A stretch of 64,000 nucleotides of DNA from Minisyncoccota bacterium (GTDB lineage Bacteria; Patescibacteriota; Minisyncoccia; Phycocordibacterales; JABMNX01), in NCBI GenBank assembly GCA_040876885.1, contig JBBDOU010000012.1:5986-69985 (forward strand), in the 5' to 3' direction. The notes beneath the pieces were generated by a model that saw nothing but the letters and a program-made list of their open reading frames with translations, had not been told where the DNA came from and did no database searches. Shown here one piece after another: positions 27,769-37,555 of the stretch (the first letter of the stretch is position 1; every line of letters begins with the position of its first letter). A program made the position numbers and the translations under genes.

Positions 27769-29550
27769 ATGACAAAAAAAGTACCTACTAAGATTAAGAC
27801 AGATTGGAGCCTCAATAAGATTTACACCTCTCCACAGGACGCACAAATAGAAAAAGACATTCACGTAGCTGAAAATGCCTACGCATACTTTGCAAAAAAA
27901 TATTCAAACACCAAGAAATATCTATTAACCGACAAGGCTTTGTATAAAGCTCTCGAGGACCAGGAAAAATTGGCAGAAAAAGTGTCATTAGGAAGTAAGG
28001 CTATTATGTATTTTGCATATCGACAGGAGTTGAATAGTTTTGATACCAAAGCAGAAGCAATGGTGGCAAAATTAAGTAACCGCCTAACGCAAGCTGGTAA
28101 TGAAATCCTTTTTTTTGATATTGCACTGGGTTTAATCCCCACAAAGAAACAAAAGGAATACCTAAAGAGTCCTTTGTTAAAAAAATATCGTTACTTACTC
28201 GAGCGGACTTTTCTTGAGAGTAGCTACCAGCTTTCTGAAAAAGAGGAAAAAATAATGAGTCTTAAAAGCCTACCCGCACACTCAATGTGGATAGATGGAC
28301 AGGAAAAGCTCCAAAAGAAGCAGGTTGTTATTTTTAAAGGTAAGGAAGTGCCGATAGCTGAAGCGTTTAATAGGATATCAGACCTGCCAACTAAAGACCG
28401 CAGGGCCCTTCATCAAAAGTCAATGGAGGTACTAAAAGCCACGAGTGATTTTGCAGAAAGTGAAATCAATGCCGTCTTTACTGATAAGAAAATCAACGAT
28501 GAGCTTAGGGGCTTTAAAGAGCCATATTCAGCAACAATATTAGGGTATGAGAATGATGAGGAGAGTATTAAAAATCTTGTGGAGACGGTCACGCAAGATT
28601 TTTCAACAAGTAGGGAATTTTATGCACTCAAGAAAAAACTCCTCAAGCTTAAAGACTTCAACTACTCAGATCGCTCAGTAAGTATTGGAGAAGTTAAAAA
28701 GAGATTTTCTTTTGAGGATTCTTATTGCATACTCCGCGAAATATTTTATGGACTTGGTAAAGAATACGGAGAGATTCTCGATACGTTTGTTAAAGAAGGG
28801 CACGTGGACGCGTTCCCAAAGAAAGGGAAAAGTGGTGGCGCGTATTGTTCTTCAGGTCATGGGACGCCAACATTAGTGTTGCTTAACCATGTTCCTTCTT
28901 TCAATTCACTGATGACGTTTGCTCACGAGATGGGGCACGCTATTCACGCAGAGTTAAGTAAGCAACAAGGAGTTTTGTATGAAGGGCACTCAACATCAGT
29001 AGCTGAGACAGCGAGCACTTTTTTTGAAGCAGTCGTCTTTAACGCAATATTTGAGACATTAACTGATAAAGAAAAGGTTATTGCGTTGCATGACAAAATA
29101 CAAAGCGATGTTTCAACTATTTATCGTCAAATAGCATTTTTTAATTTTGAACTCGCGCTCCATAAAAAGATTCGTGCTGAAGGGTATGTCTCAAAGGAAG
29201 ATATTGCAAAACTCTTGAACAAAAATATGAAAGCGTATATTGGATCTTCTATGAAGTTTACCCCAGAAGACGGCTACTTCTTCGTTACCGTTTCGCATTT
29301 CAGACGACCATTTTACGTATATTCATATACATATGGGCAACTCATTAGTAAGGCGCTCTATGAGAAATACAAAGGAGATCAAACGTACGAAGAAAAAATC
29401 CATCAGTTTCTCAGTGCTGGAGGTAGTAAGAGCCCAGAAGATATTTTCGCAGAAATAGGATTAGATACTTCAAGTTCAAGACTCTTTAAAAATGGACTCC
29501 TCAGTATTAAGAAAGATATTGCATTGCTTAAGAAACTGTCTCAAAAATAA
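27769..29550 (+). CDS. pepF: Oligoendopeptidase F (M3B family)
   Basis: HEMGHAIH zinc-binding motif and PepF-like length of 593 aa. Confidence 0.85.
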   Translation: MTKKVPTKIKTDWSLNKIYTSPQDAQIEKDIHVAENAYAYFAKKYSNTKKYLLTDKALYKALEDQEKLAEKVSLGSKAIMYFAYRQELNSFDTKAEAMVAKLSNRLTQAGNEILFFDIALGLIPTKKQKEYLKSPLLKKYRYLLERTFLESSYQLSEKEEKIMSLKSLPAHSMWIDGQEKLQKKQVVIFKGKEVPIAEAFNRISDLPTKDRRALHQKSMEVLKATSDFAESEINAVFTDKKINDELRGFKEPYSATILGYENDEESIKNLVETVTQDFSTSREFYALKKKLLKLKDFNYSDRSVSIGEVKKRFSFEDSYCILREIFYGLGKEYGEILDTFVKEGHVDAFPKKGKSGGAYCSSGHGTPTLVLLNHVPSFNSLMTFAHEMGHAIHAELSKQQGVLYEGHSTSVAETASTFFEAVVFNAIFETLTDKEKVIALHDKIQSDVSTIYRQIAFFNFELALHKKIRAEGYVSKEDIAKLLNKNMKAYIGSSMKFTPEDGYFFVTVSHFRRPFYVYSYTYGQLISKALYEKYKGDQTYEEKIHQFLSAGGSKSPEDIFAEIGLDTSSSRLFKNGLLSIKKDIALLKKLSQK

Positions 29551-29577
29551 AAAAGAAGTGATATACTGATATCTATT

Positions 29578-29793
29578 ATGGACTTACTTTTTTGGGGATT
29601 AACAATTGGCTTGTTTGGTAAGGTACTCCTTGGGGTTACGGTGATTATGGTACACGCTAAGATAGTGCACGAGCATAAGGTTGATAGAGCAGTGCTTAAA
29701 GAAATGCGCAAGGAGAAGAATCTTGCAATTCTCGGAATAATCTTTATGGTAGTGGGGTATATTCTTGAAGCGATGTTCTATGGATACTTCTAA
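29578..29793 (+). CDS. Hypothetical small 2-TM membrane protein
   Basis: TGaTATACT lies 10 nt upstream of the ATG. The gene overlaps the alaS start by 14 nt. Confidence 0.4.
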   Translation: MDLLFWGLTIGLFGKVLLGVTVIMVHAKIVHEHKVDRAVLKEMRKEKNLAILGIIFMVVGYILEAMFYGYF

Positions 29794-31630
29794 AATTAGA
29801 AAGAAATACCTTACCTTTTTTGAACAAAAGGGGCACACGATTATCCCTTCTGCTTCTCTGCGTCCAGAAAATGACCCCACGACACTTTTTGTAGGCTCAG
29901 GTATGCAACCACTCCTCCCATACCTTTTGGGTGAAACGCATCCAAAAGGAGTCCGCCTTGTAAACTCACAAAAAAGCTTCCGGGCGGAAGACATTGAAGA
30001 GGTTGGAGACAATCGACATACCACCTTCTTTGAGATGCTTGGAAACTGGTCTCTTGGTGATTATTTTAAAGAGGAGCAACTCCCGTGGTTTTTTGAATTT
30101 TTAACAAGCGGACTGGGACTTAATCCAGAGAAGCTGTACGTAACCGTTTTTGCAGGAGATGCACAGCTCGGTATTCAAAAAGATGTTGCGTCGGTAGAAA
30201 TATGGAGACGTCTTTTCAAAGAGAAAGGTATCGATGCGCACGATGTAGAGATAGGTTCTGAGGAAGACGGTTATACACGGGGAATGCAGGGGGGAAGAAT
30301 CTTTTATTATGACGCTAAGAAGAATTGGTGGAGTCGTTCTGGCACACCAGATAAAATGCCGAGCGGGGAGCCGGGCGGGCCTGATTCAGAGATGTTTTAT
30401 GACTTCGGAGGAGCGCATGATAAAAGTTATGGCGAACACTGCCACCCGAACTGTGACTGCGGACGTTTTATGGAGATAGGGAACTCCGTGTTTATGGAGT
30501 ATATAAAAAAAGAAGATGGAAGTTTTGAGCAACTCCCTCAAAAAAATGTTGATTTCGGCGGGGGACTTGAGCGAATCACTGCAGCAGTAAATAATAACGC
30601 TGATGTGTTTTTAATAGACGCACTACAGGCGATTATTGGGTATATAGAAAAGACTTCTGATAAAAAGTATGACGACGTGCGTTACACGCCTGCTTTTCGA
30701 GTCATCGCAGATCATATACGAGCTGCAATCTTTATTATTGCTGATGGTGTCGTTCCGTCAAACTCTGACCAGGGGTATTTTGTACGTCGACTTATCAGGC
30801 GAGCAGTTCGGTACGCTGATCTCCTTGGTGTCCCTGACGGGGTTTTAGCTGCGTCCGTACAAGCGGTCAGTAAAACATATAAAGAGCAGTACCCAATCCT
30901 TCTTGAAAAGGGAGGTGAGATTAGTGGCATTATTGCTGGAGAGGAAGAAAAGTTCCGGAAGACCCTCGTCCGTGGATTAAAAGAGTTTGAAAAATTAAGT
31001 ACCTCGAATATTTCTGGATACGATGCATTTGTTTTATTTACTACGTATGGGTTTCCATATGAGCTTACTGAAGAGCTTGCGCATGAGAAGAATATTTCAG
31101 TGGATAAGACTGCTTTTGACGATGAAATGAAAAAACACCAAGAATTGTCCCGAATGGGGTCAGAACAGAAGTTCAAAGGAGGGCTTGAAGACCACGGAGA
31201 GATGAGTGTTAAGTACCACACGGCGACTCATTTACTACACCAAGCATTAAAAAATGTGCTCGGCGATTCAGTCCAACAAAAAGGAAGCAACATCACGCCT
31301 GAGCGGATGCGGTTTGACTTTGCATTTGAGCGGAAGATGACTGATGAAGAAAAACAAAAAGTAGAATCTATTGTCAATGAGAAAATTAAAAGTGCACTTG
31401 AAGTCACCAGCAAGGAGCTTCCTTTAGAAGAAGCAAAGAAGCTCGGGGCGATAGGACTGTTTGGAGAGAAGTACGGCGACGTCGTAAAGGTGTATTCTGT
31501 AGGGGATTTTAGTCTTGAGTTTTGCGGAGGTCCTCATGTTAAGAACACAAGTGAACTTGGAGTCTTTAAGATTAAAAAAGAAGAATCTATTTCCGCTGGA
31601 GTTCGTAGGATTCGTGGAGTACTCGAATAA
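29780..31630 (+). CDS. alaS: Alanyl-tRNA synthetase, truncated form (catalytic, tRNA-recognition and editing domains; no C-Ala domain)
   Basis: The N-terminus aligns with AlaRS (DPTTLFVGSGMQP). The editing-site HxxxH and CGGPHV motifs are present. It ends after the editing domain at 617 aa. Confidence 0.85.
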   Translation: MDTSKIRKKYLTFFEQKGHTIIPSASLRPENDPTTLFVGSGMQPLLPYLLGETHPKGVRLVNSQKSFRAEDIEEVGDNRHTTFFEMLGNWSLGDYFKEEQLPWFFEFLTSGLGLNPEKLYVTVFAGDAQLGIQKDVASVEIWRRLFKEKGIDAHDVEIGSEEDGYTRGMQGGRIFYYDAKKNWWSRSGTPDKMPSGEPGGPDSEMFYDFGGAHDKSYGEHCHPNCDCGRFMEIGNSVFMEYIKKEDGSFEQLPQKNVDFGGGLERITAAVNNNADVFLIDALQAIIGYIEKTSDKKYDDVRYTPAFRVIADHIRAAIFIIADGVVPSNSDQGYFVRRLIRRAVRYADLLGVPDGVLAASVQAVSKTYKEQYPILLEKGGEISGIIAGEEEKFRKTLVRGLKEFEKLSTSNISGYDAFVLFTTYGFPYELTEELAHEKNISVDKTAFDDEMKKHQELSRMGSEQKFKGGLEDHGEMSVKYHTATHLLHQALKNVLGDSVQQKGSNITPERMRFDFAFERKMTDEEKQKVESIVNEKIKSALEVTSKELPLEEAKKLGAIGLFGEKYGDVVKVYSVGDFSLEFCGGPHVKNTSELGVFKIKKEESISAGVRRIRGVLE

Positions 31631-31685
31631 GAAACGTTGTTATTTTTTCCATTGCTCTTATGCTGTAAGCAATTTATACTAAGTA

Positions 31686-32891
31686 GTGATGACGTTTTCT
31701 CATGGTATAGAAAAAATGCACAGTATTTTTAAAAAAGGTGCCTCGACACAACCAGTTGTTATTTTTGATATAGGAAGTGCGAGTATCGGAGCTGCAGTTG
31801 TATATTTTGATACAGAAGTACCAAGAATTTCTTATAGCGCACGGCAAGCGTTGCCTTTTCTCGGGGAAGCAGATAAAAAAAAGCTCATCCCGCAAATTGA
31901 AGAGATTCTTTCTTTTGCTACTGCGAACATTCAAAAAAATGGGCTAACCCCCCAAAAGGGTCTTTCTGTTATTCCTCGAGAGATAGTATGTATTTTTTCT
32001 CCATTATGGAGTGAGACCCAAACAACAGAAGCTTCTTTTACTCACAAGGAAAAGTTTATTGTCTCTGACACCGTTATGGATAACCTCCTCGCCCAAATCC
32101 ATGAGAACAATAAAGAAACGAAAGATGATACGGAAGTGGTTATTGAAGAGGTGGTTATTAGCTCGTTACTTAACAACTACCCAACACAGGCTCCATTAGG
32201 AAAAGAGACCCTCAGCATCAATGTTTCTTTCTTAGAAAGTTCTATAGATAAGAATTTAGATACTAAAGTACGCGATGTTATATACAAGACATTTAATGTG
32301 GATACTCCGCTACTCCTCCGATCTTTCACCCTTGCAGCTTTCTCAGTAGCTCGAGATATTCACGAGAACATGAAAGACTTTCTTCTTATTGATGTAACTG
32401 GTGAGATTACAGACATTGCCGTTGTCCGTAGTTCTGTTTTAAAAGACACCTTATCATTTCCTTATGGAAAAAATTCTATCATACGAAACGTTGCTTCAAG
32501 AAAAGGAAGTATCCCAGAAGATGTGCTTGCTCGTATCAAAATATCGCTTTCGAGTGAAGATCCAGAAGTAAAAATTGATATCAAAGAAGAAGAAAAAAAA
32601 TGGATTGATTTCTTTGGTAAAGCTTGTGAGGAGCTTTCTTCTGATAGCATGCCATTACCAAGAGAAGTATTTCTTATTACGGACACTCATTATGAGCGTC
32701 TTTTTCGTTCGATGATAGAACATGTTGAGTTTGGCCAATTTACAGCACTGAAAGACCCTTTCTTAGTGAAATCTTTTTTAAAGAGTAAGACAAAGGGCAT
32801 GTTTCTCTTAGACGAAGGTGTTCTCTCTGACGACTTTATCACTATAGGAGCCCTTTTTTATAGTAGGGAATATCTTTCTCGCAAGTCTTAG
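31686..32891 (+). CDS. Actin-like ATPase fold protein (FtsA/PilM-like), hypothetical
   Basis: Phosphate-1 VVIFDIGSASIGAAVV and phosphate-2 LLIDVTGEITDIAVV motifs. A TTGCTC-N17-TATACT promoter lies 5-8 nt before the start. Confidence 0.5.
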   Translation: MMTFSHGIEKMHSIFKKGASTQPVVIFDIGSASIGAAVVYFDTEVPRISYSARQALPFLGEADKKKLIPQIEEILSFATANIQKNGLTPQKGLSVIPREIVCIFSPLWSETQTTEASFTHKEKFIVSDTVMDNLLAQIHENNKETKDDTEVVIEEVVISSLLNNYPTQAPLGKETLSINVSFLESSIDKNLDTKVRDVIYKTFNVDTPLLLRSFTLAAFSVARDIHENMKDFLLIDVTGEITDIAVVRSSVLKDTLSFPYGKNSIIRNVASRKGSIPEDVLARIKISLSSEDPEVKIDIKEEEKKWIDFFGKACEELSSDSMPLPREVFLITDTHYERLFRSMIEHVEFGQFTALKDPFLVKSFLKSKTKGMFLLDEGVLSDDFITIGALFYSREYLSRKS

Positions 32892-32917
32892 GGCTTGTGA
32901 TATAATAATCTGTACAT

Positions 32918-34225
32918 ATGAAGAGAAACATTGATGACATCATACCTCCAGAAGATAGAGACAGAAGGTCTATCCGCAAGATTAGCGTAGACAGAGCGCC
33001 ACGCCGAAGAAGTCCTGAGGTGACTCAAGAACCAGAAGAGACTTCAGAACACAACCAACCTCCGCGACGTCCACGTCCAGGGCGTTCAACGTCATCCCGT
33101 TTTGGTTTTTGGGCCGTTGCTTTTGTTGTACTACTCGGATTGATATTCAGCTTCTCTTTTATTTTCTCAGGAGCAAAGTTGGTGATTACACCAAAACAAA
33201 GAACGGTACTTGTTGATAGTACTTTTAAGGCCTACAAAAGCCCAGGACTCAATGAGTTAAAATATGAGATAATCACAATAGAGAAAGAAGGTTCTCAAGA
33301 AGTATCTGCAAGTGGAGAAGAGTTTGTTACAGAAAAAGCTTCTGGGGTAATTGTTATCTACAATGATTACAATTCCTCTAATCAACGACTTATTAAAAAT
33401 ACTCGTTTTGAGTCCCCAGAAGGGCTTGTTTATAGGATTAACGAATCAGTAACAGTCCCCGGACAAAAGAAAGAGGGTGGAGTCACTGTCCCAGGAAGTA
33501 TTGAAGTGACTGTCTATGCAGATGAAGAAGGAGAGAAGCACAATATCGGCTTAACTGACTTTACAATCCCTGGATTTAAAGGAGATCCTCGATATGCTGA
33601 TTTCTACGCTCGTTCTAAAACAAGTATGACCGGAGGGTACTCTGGTCAAAAGAAAGTGGTCAGTCAAAGCGATGAAGAGTCTGCTCAGAAAGCTATCCAA
33701 GAAAGGCTTACAGCACAGCTCCTTAAGGATGTGTTTAGTCAAAAACCAGAAGGGTTTGAGATATACGAGGACGGTGTGTTTGTTACCTTCACTGCACTTC
33801 CTAATGAGGAAATCGGCGATAAGGTTGCCGTAAAAGAGAAAGCTGTACTCTACGGAGTCCTTTTTAAACAAGATTTATTTGCTCAGTTTGTAGCAAGGAA
33901 TACGGTAGCTGGATTTGAAGACGAGGCTGTTGAGATACAAGAACCCGATGCTTTGAGCTTCAGTGTCTTAGAAAAAGCCACAGCGAAGCCCTGGGCTGAT
34001 GACTCATTTTCGTTTAAACTCTCGGGCTCTGCTCATATTGTCTGGAGTTTTAATGGGGACCTTTTAAAAGAGGATCTTGCTGGAAAAGCTAAAGGAGCGC
34101 TACAAACGGTGCTTACAGGATATCCCAGTATAGCTGAGGCTCAAATCGTACTTCGTCCGTTCTGGAGACAGACCTTTCCCGACGATACGCGCGATATCAA
34201 AATTACCACAATAATAGAAGAATAA
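32918..34225 (+). CDS. Bitopic membrane protein with Arg/Pro-rich cytoplasmic N-terminus and large extracytoplasmic domain (possible PilN/O-like or FtsQ-like partner)
   Basis: A single TM helix at about aa 60-85. It is co-directional with, and 26 nt downstream of, the actin-like gene. Confidence 0.45.
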   Translation: MKRNIDDIIPPEDRDRRSIRKISVDRAPRRRSPEVTQEPEETSEHNQPPRRPRPGRSTSSRFGFWAVAFVVLLGLIFSFSFIFSGAKLVITPKQRTVLVDSTFKAYKSPGLNELKYEIITIEKEGSQEVSASGEEFVTEKASGVIVIYNDYNSSNQRLIKNTRFESPEGLVYRINESVTVPGQKKEGGVTVPGSIEVTVYADEEGEKHNIGLTDFTIPGFKGDPRYADFYARSKTSMTGGYSGQKKVVSQSDEESAQKAIQERLTAQLLKDVFSQKPEGFEIYEDGVFVTFTALPNEEIGDKVAVKEKAVLYGVLFKQDLFAQFVARNTVAGFEDEAVEIQEPDALSFSVLEKATAKPWADDSFSFKLSGSAHIVWSFNGDLLKEDLAGKAKGALQTVLTGYPSIAEAQIVLRPFWRQTFPDDTRDIKITTIIEE

Positions 34226-34248
34226 AGAGATATTCTACCCCAAAAACC

Positions 34249-34278
34249 TTGACGTTTAGGTCTAGTTTCTGGTAGTAT
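34249..34278 (+). promoter_or_regulatory. Promoter of the infA-ribosomal operon (TTGACG-N18-TGgTAGTAT)
   Basis: A -35/-10 pair with an extended TG. It contains the 14-mer TTTCTGGTAGTATA, which recurs upstream of trpS. Confidence 0.5.
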
Positions 34279-34294
34279 ATGTCCACTCCTGATA

Positions 34295-34513
34295 ATGTCA
34301 CAAGCGAAAGATAAACCAGAACCTGTTATGGGAATAGTAGATGAGGCATTGCCTAATACGTTATTCCGCGTAACCCTCGATGGAGGAGATCAAATACTTA
34401 CGTATCTTTCAGGAAAGATGCGTATGTATCGGATTAAGGTTCTCGTTGGTGACAAGGTTGCCGTTGAATTAGAGCCCTACGGAGGGAAAGGAAGAATAAT
34501 AAAGCGCTTATAG
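34295..34513 (+). CDS. infA: Translation initiation factor IF-1
   Basis: S1-like OB fold. The sequence is typical of IF-1. Confidence 0.9.
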   Translation: MSQAKDKPEPVMGIVDEALPNTLFRVTLDGGDQILTYLSGKMRMYRIKVLVGDKVAVELEPYGGKGRIIKRL

Positions 34514-34590
34514 TTGGATACGATTGAGTACCGCCTATTACCCACACAAGGAAAGCGCAATTTTTTGTTGTCACCCGTAAAAAACAGATT

Positions 34591-34713
34591 GTGAAAATAA
34601 AATCTTCAATAAAAAAAATATGTTCAAGTTGCCAAACAATCCGCCGAAAAGGACGATTGTATGTTATTTGTTCAGGTCCTCAAGGTGGTCGTCATAAACA
34701 ACGACAAGGATAA
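34591..34713 (+). CDS. rpmJ: 50S ribosomal protein L36 (GTG start), missing from the ORF track
   Basis: The translation [40 protein letters not shown] has the C-x2-C-x12-C-x4-H zinc ribbon. Its position between infA and rpsM is the canonical one. Confidence 0.85.
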   Translation: MKIKSSIKKICSSCQTIRRKGRLYVICSGPQGGRHKQRQG

Positions 34714-34724
34714 TTTTATATAAT

Positions 34725-35105
34725 ATGAGAATTTCAGGTATTACAATTCCAGACAACAAGCAGCTCGAGATAGGCCTTACCGCCGTATATGGGGTTGGGC
34801 GTTCTCGCGCAGAAGAAATTCTAAAAGAGCTTGGTATTACTCCTGGAATAAAACCGACCGATTTAAAGACTGAAGAAGAAAACGCGCTTCGAGAAAAAAT
34901 AGAATCATTTCCCATTGAAGGAGAGCTCCGACGAACAGTAACTGGAAATATTAAACGACTCAAAGATATTCTTGCATACCGTGGGGTACGACACAGCAGG
35001 AACCTTCCTACTCGAGGGCAAAGAACCAAGACAAACTCACGAACAGTACGTGGAAACAAAAGGAAGACTATGAGCTCTGGTCGTCGTTCAGTAGATAAGA
35101 AATAG
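34725..35105 (+). CDS. rpsM: 30S ribosomal protein S13
   Basis: MRISGITIP...LAYRGVRH signature. Confidence 0.95.
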   Translation: MRISGITIPDNKQLEIGLTAVYGVGRSRAEEILKELGITPGIKPTDLKTEEENALREKIESFPIEGELRRTVTGNIKRLKDILAYRGVRHSRNLPTRGQRTKTNSRTVRGNKRKTMSSGRRSVDKK

Positions 35106-35119
35106 TCTCAATAAACAAC

Positions 35120-35554
35120 ATGGGAAAGAAACGAATTATTAAAAAAGCAGGGGGAGGAATGGATTCAGGATTAAAATCTCGTGCGCTTTCTCGTGTTACT
35201 AAAAAGAAACTTGATGTAGGAATTCTCCACATTCAAGCAACGTTCAATAACACAAAACTACTACTTTCAGATAAACTAGGGAATGCTGTTATGTGGTCTT
35301 CAAGCGGAGCGCTTGGCTTTAAGGGTGCTAAGAAAGGTACTCCTTTTGCTGCTGCAAAGGTTGGAGAGGTGCTTGGAGAGAAGGCACAGATGATAGGTTT
35401 AAAGGAAGTTGATGTCATTATGAGGGGTGTTGGATCAGGGCGTGAGTCATCACTTCGGGCTTTCTCATCAAAAGGTATTGGTGTTGCAAGTATTAAAGAC
35501 ATGACACCAACACCGCACAACGGGCCTCGAGCTAAAAAGCCTCGACGAGTGTAA
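35120..35554 (+). CDS. rpsK: 30S ribosomal protein S11
   Basis: Conserved core and C-terminal PHNG(P/C)R..KRRRV. Confidence 0.95.
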   Translation: MGKKRIIKKAGGGMDSGLKSRALSRVTKKKLDVGILHIQATFNNTKLLLSDKLGNAVMWSSSGALGFKGAKKGTPFAAAKVGEVLGEKAQMIGLKEVDVIMRGVGSGRESSLRAFSSKGIGVASIKDMTPTPHNGPRAKKPRRV

Positions 35555-35565
35555 ATATATATATT

Positions 35566-36177
35566 ATGAAAATAGGACCACGATATAAGATAGGTAAACG
35601 ACTTGGCGCAAGTGTGTTTGAGAAATGCCAGACACAGAAGTTTGTGCTTTCTGAGGCTCGTTCAAAAAAACGACGAACGTCACGACGACCAAACCAGATG
35701 TCTGACTACGGTAAACAACTTCTTGAAAAACAAAAAGTTCGTTTTACATACGGAATCACCGAGAAGCAACTTTCAAAGTATGTAAAGAATGCCACCGAAT
35801 CATCTGCTGAGTCAAAGAATATGATCTTTGAAGGTCTTGAAACAAGACTTGATAACATCACTTATCGACTCGGGCTTGCAACAACACGAAGATTCGCACG
35901 TCAAATGGTCTCACACGGACACATTATGGTAAACGGAAAAAGGGTAACAGTTCCTTCTTATAAGGTTGGTATGAAAGATGTTGTTTCCGTACGAGAGAAC
36001 AGTAAGGAAAAAGGGTTATTTGTCGGATTTGAGGAGCGTTTTAAAGAACATTCAGTGCCAACATGGCTTTCATTTGATGCTAAAAAACAAGAGGGAAAAA
36101 TGTCCACCCTTCCCGAGCTCACTGTTGCGGATGCATCACTTGACCTTGATTTGGTTCTAGAATTTTATAGTAGGTAA
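35566..36177 (+). CDS. rpsD: 30S ribosomal protein S4
   Basis: S4 domain (LDNITYRLGLATTRRFARQMVSHGHIMVNGKRV). Confidence 0.95.
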   Translation: MKIGPRYKIGKRLGASVFEKCQTQKFVLSEARSKKRRTSRRPNQMSDYGKQLLEKQKVRFTYGITEKQLSKYVKNATESSAESKNMIFEGLETRLDNITYRLGLATTRRFARQMVSHGHIMVNGKRVTVPSYKVGMKDVVSVRENSKEKGLFVGFEERFKEHSVPTWLSFDAKKQEGKMSTLPELTVADASLDLDLVLEFYSR

Positions 36178-36203
36178 TTTATAAATTTATAACGAAACGT
36201 ATT

Positions 36204-37166
36204 ATGTCAGACTATAACGTAGCACTTCCATCTAAACCACGAATTGTTTCCGAAAAAGAATTCGGTGGTGTATATGAAATTGACGGTCTTTATCCTGGGT
36301 ATGGACACACACTTGGTAATTCACTACGCCGAATTATCCTGTCATCTCTACCAGGAGCAGCTATTACTTCAGTTAAAATTGAAGGAGTCTCTCATGAGTT
36401 CTCAACAATAGAGGGGGTTAAAGAAGATGTTATAACTATTCTTCTTAACCTTAAACGAGTGCGTATTCAGATGCTTTCTGATGAACCACAGCAGATGAAA
36501 ATCAACGTAAAAGGAGCTCGGGTAATTACGGCAGGAGATATCGAAATCCCTGGCCAGGTACAGGTTCTTAACCCAGAACAAGTGATTGCAGAAGTTACTG
36601 GAAAGAACACAGAACTCGCTATAGAGATGACTGTTGAGCGAGGGCTTGGATATGTCGCCAAAGAAGTTCTCCAGAAGGAACGAGTAGAGGTTGGTGTTAT
36701 CTCACTTGATGCTGTATTTACTCCAATTCGTCGAGTGAATTACGAAGTGGAGAACATGCGTATTGGTGACCAGACTGACTTTAACCGACTACGAGTCTTT
36801 ATAGAGACTGATGGTACCGTCACACCAAAAGAAGCGCTCGAGAAATCAATTGAAATAATGATCAACCAGCTTAAATCTATTGTTGGATTCAAAGAAGAAG
36901 AAATAGAGCTTCCTGAAGTAGCTCCTGTTGAAAAAGAACAAGAAGAAGAGAAAAAGGAGGTTGATTCAGAGTTCTTGAAGACTCGAATTGACGATTTAGA
37001 TCTTTCAGCTCGGACCGTTAACTCTCTAGAAGGAGGGAATATCAGAACTGTTGGTGGTCTTGTGCGAAAACGAGAAGAGGATATACTCTCAATCGAAGGT
37101 ATCGGACAGAAAGGATTACAAGAAATTAAACGAGCGCTCAGTAACTTTGGCGTAACACTAAAATAG
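36204..37166 (+). CDS. rpoA: DNA-directed RNA polymerase alpha subunit
   Basis: The N-terminal dimerisation domain and the C-terminal HhH alpha-CTD (LSARTVNSLEGGNIRTVGGL). Confidence 0.95.
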   Translation: MSDYNVALPSKPRIVSEKEFGGVYEIDGLYPGYGHTLGNSLRRIILSSLPGAAITSVKIEGVSHEFSTIEGVKEDVITILLNLKRVRIQMLSDEPQQMKINVKGARVITAGDIEIPGQVQVLNPEQVIAEVTGKNTELAIEMTVERGLGYVAKEVLQKERVEVGVISLDAVFTPIRRVNYEVENMRIGDQTDFNRLRVFIETDGTVTPKEALEKSIEIMINQLKSIVGFKEEEIELPEVAPVEKEQEEEKKEVDSEFLKTRIDDLDLSARTVNSLEGGNIRTVGGLVRKREEDILSIEGIGQKGLQEIKRALSNFGVTLK

Positions 37167-37184
37167 TTTTTTAGAAACATTACC

Positions 37185-37538
37185 ATGAAACACACAGCAC
37201 ACGGAAGAAAATTTGGAAGGGTACGAAAAGTACGAGTAGCGCTAATCCGTTCTCTTGCTCGTGCGCTTATTCTTCATGGGAAAATAGAGACCACAGAAGC
37301 AAAAGCTAAGGAAATTCAAAGCTATGTTGAGAAATTAGTTACTAAGGCAAACAAGGGTACGCTTGCTTCATACCGTGGGGTTATTTCACGACTTGGGGGT
37401 GAGGAAAGAATAGCTAGGAGACTTAAAGAAGAGGTTGCTCCTAAATACGCTGAGCGAGAAGGTGGGTACACACGAGTAACCAAGGTTCATGTGCCGTCTC
37501 ACGATGCACGTAAACGAGCAGTAATCGAATTTGTATAG
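37185..37538 (+). CDS. rplQ: 50S ribosomal protein L17
   Basis: MKHTAHGRKFGRVRKVRVALIRSLARALI... signature. Confidence 0.95.
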   Translation: MKHTAHGRKFGRVRKVRVALIRSLARALILHGKIETTEAKAKEIQSYVEKLVTKANKGTLASYRGVISRLGGEERIARRLKEEVAPKYAEREGGYTRVTKVHVPSHDARKRAVIEFV

Positions 37539-37555
37539 TTAATAATATCAGGCTT

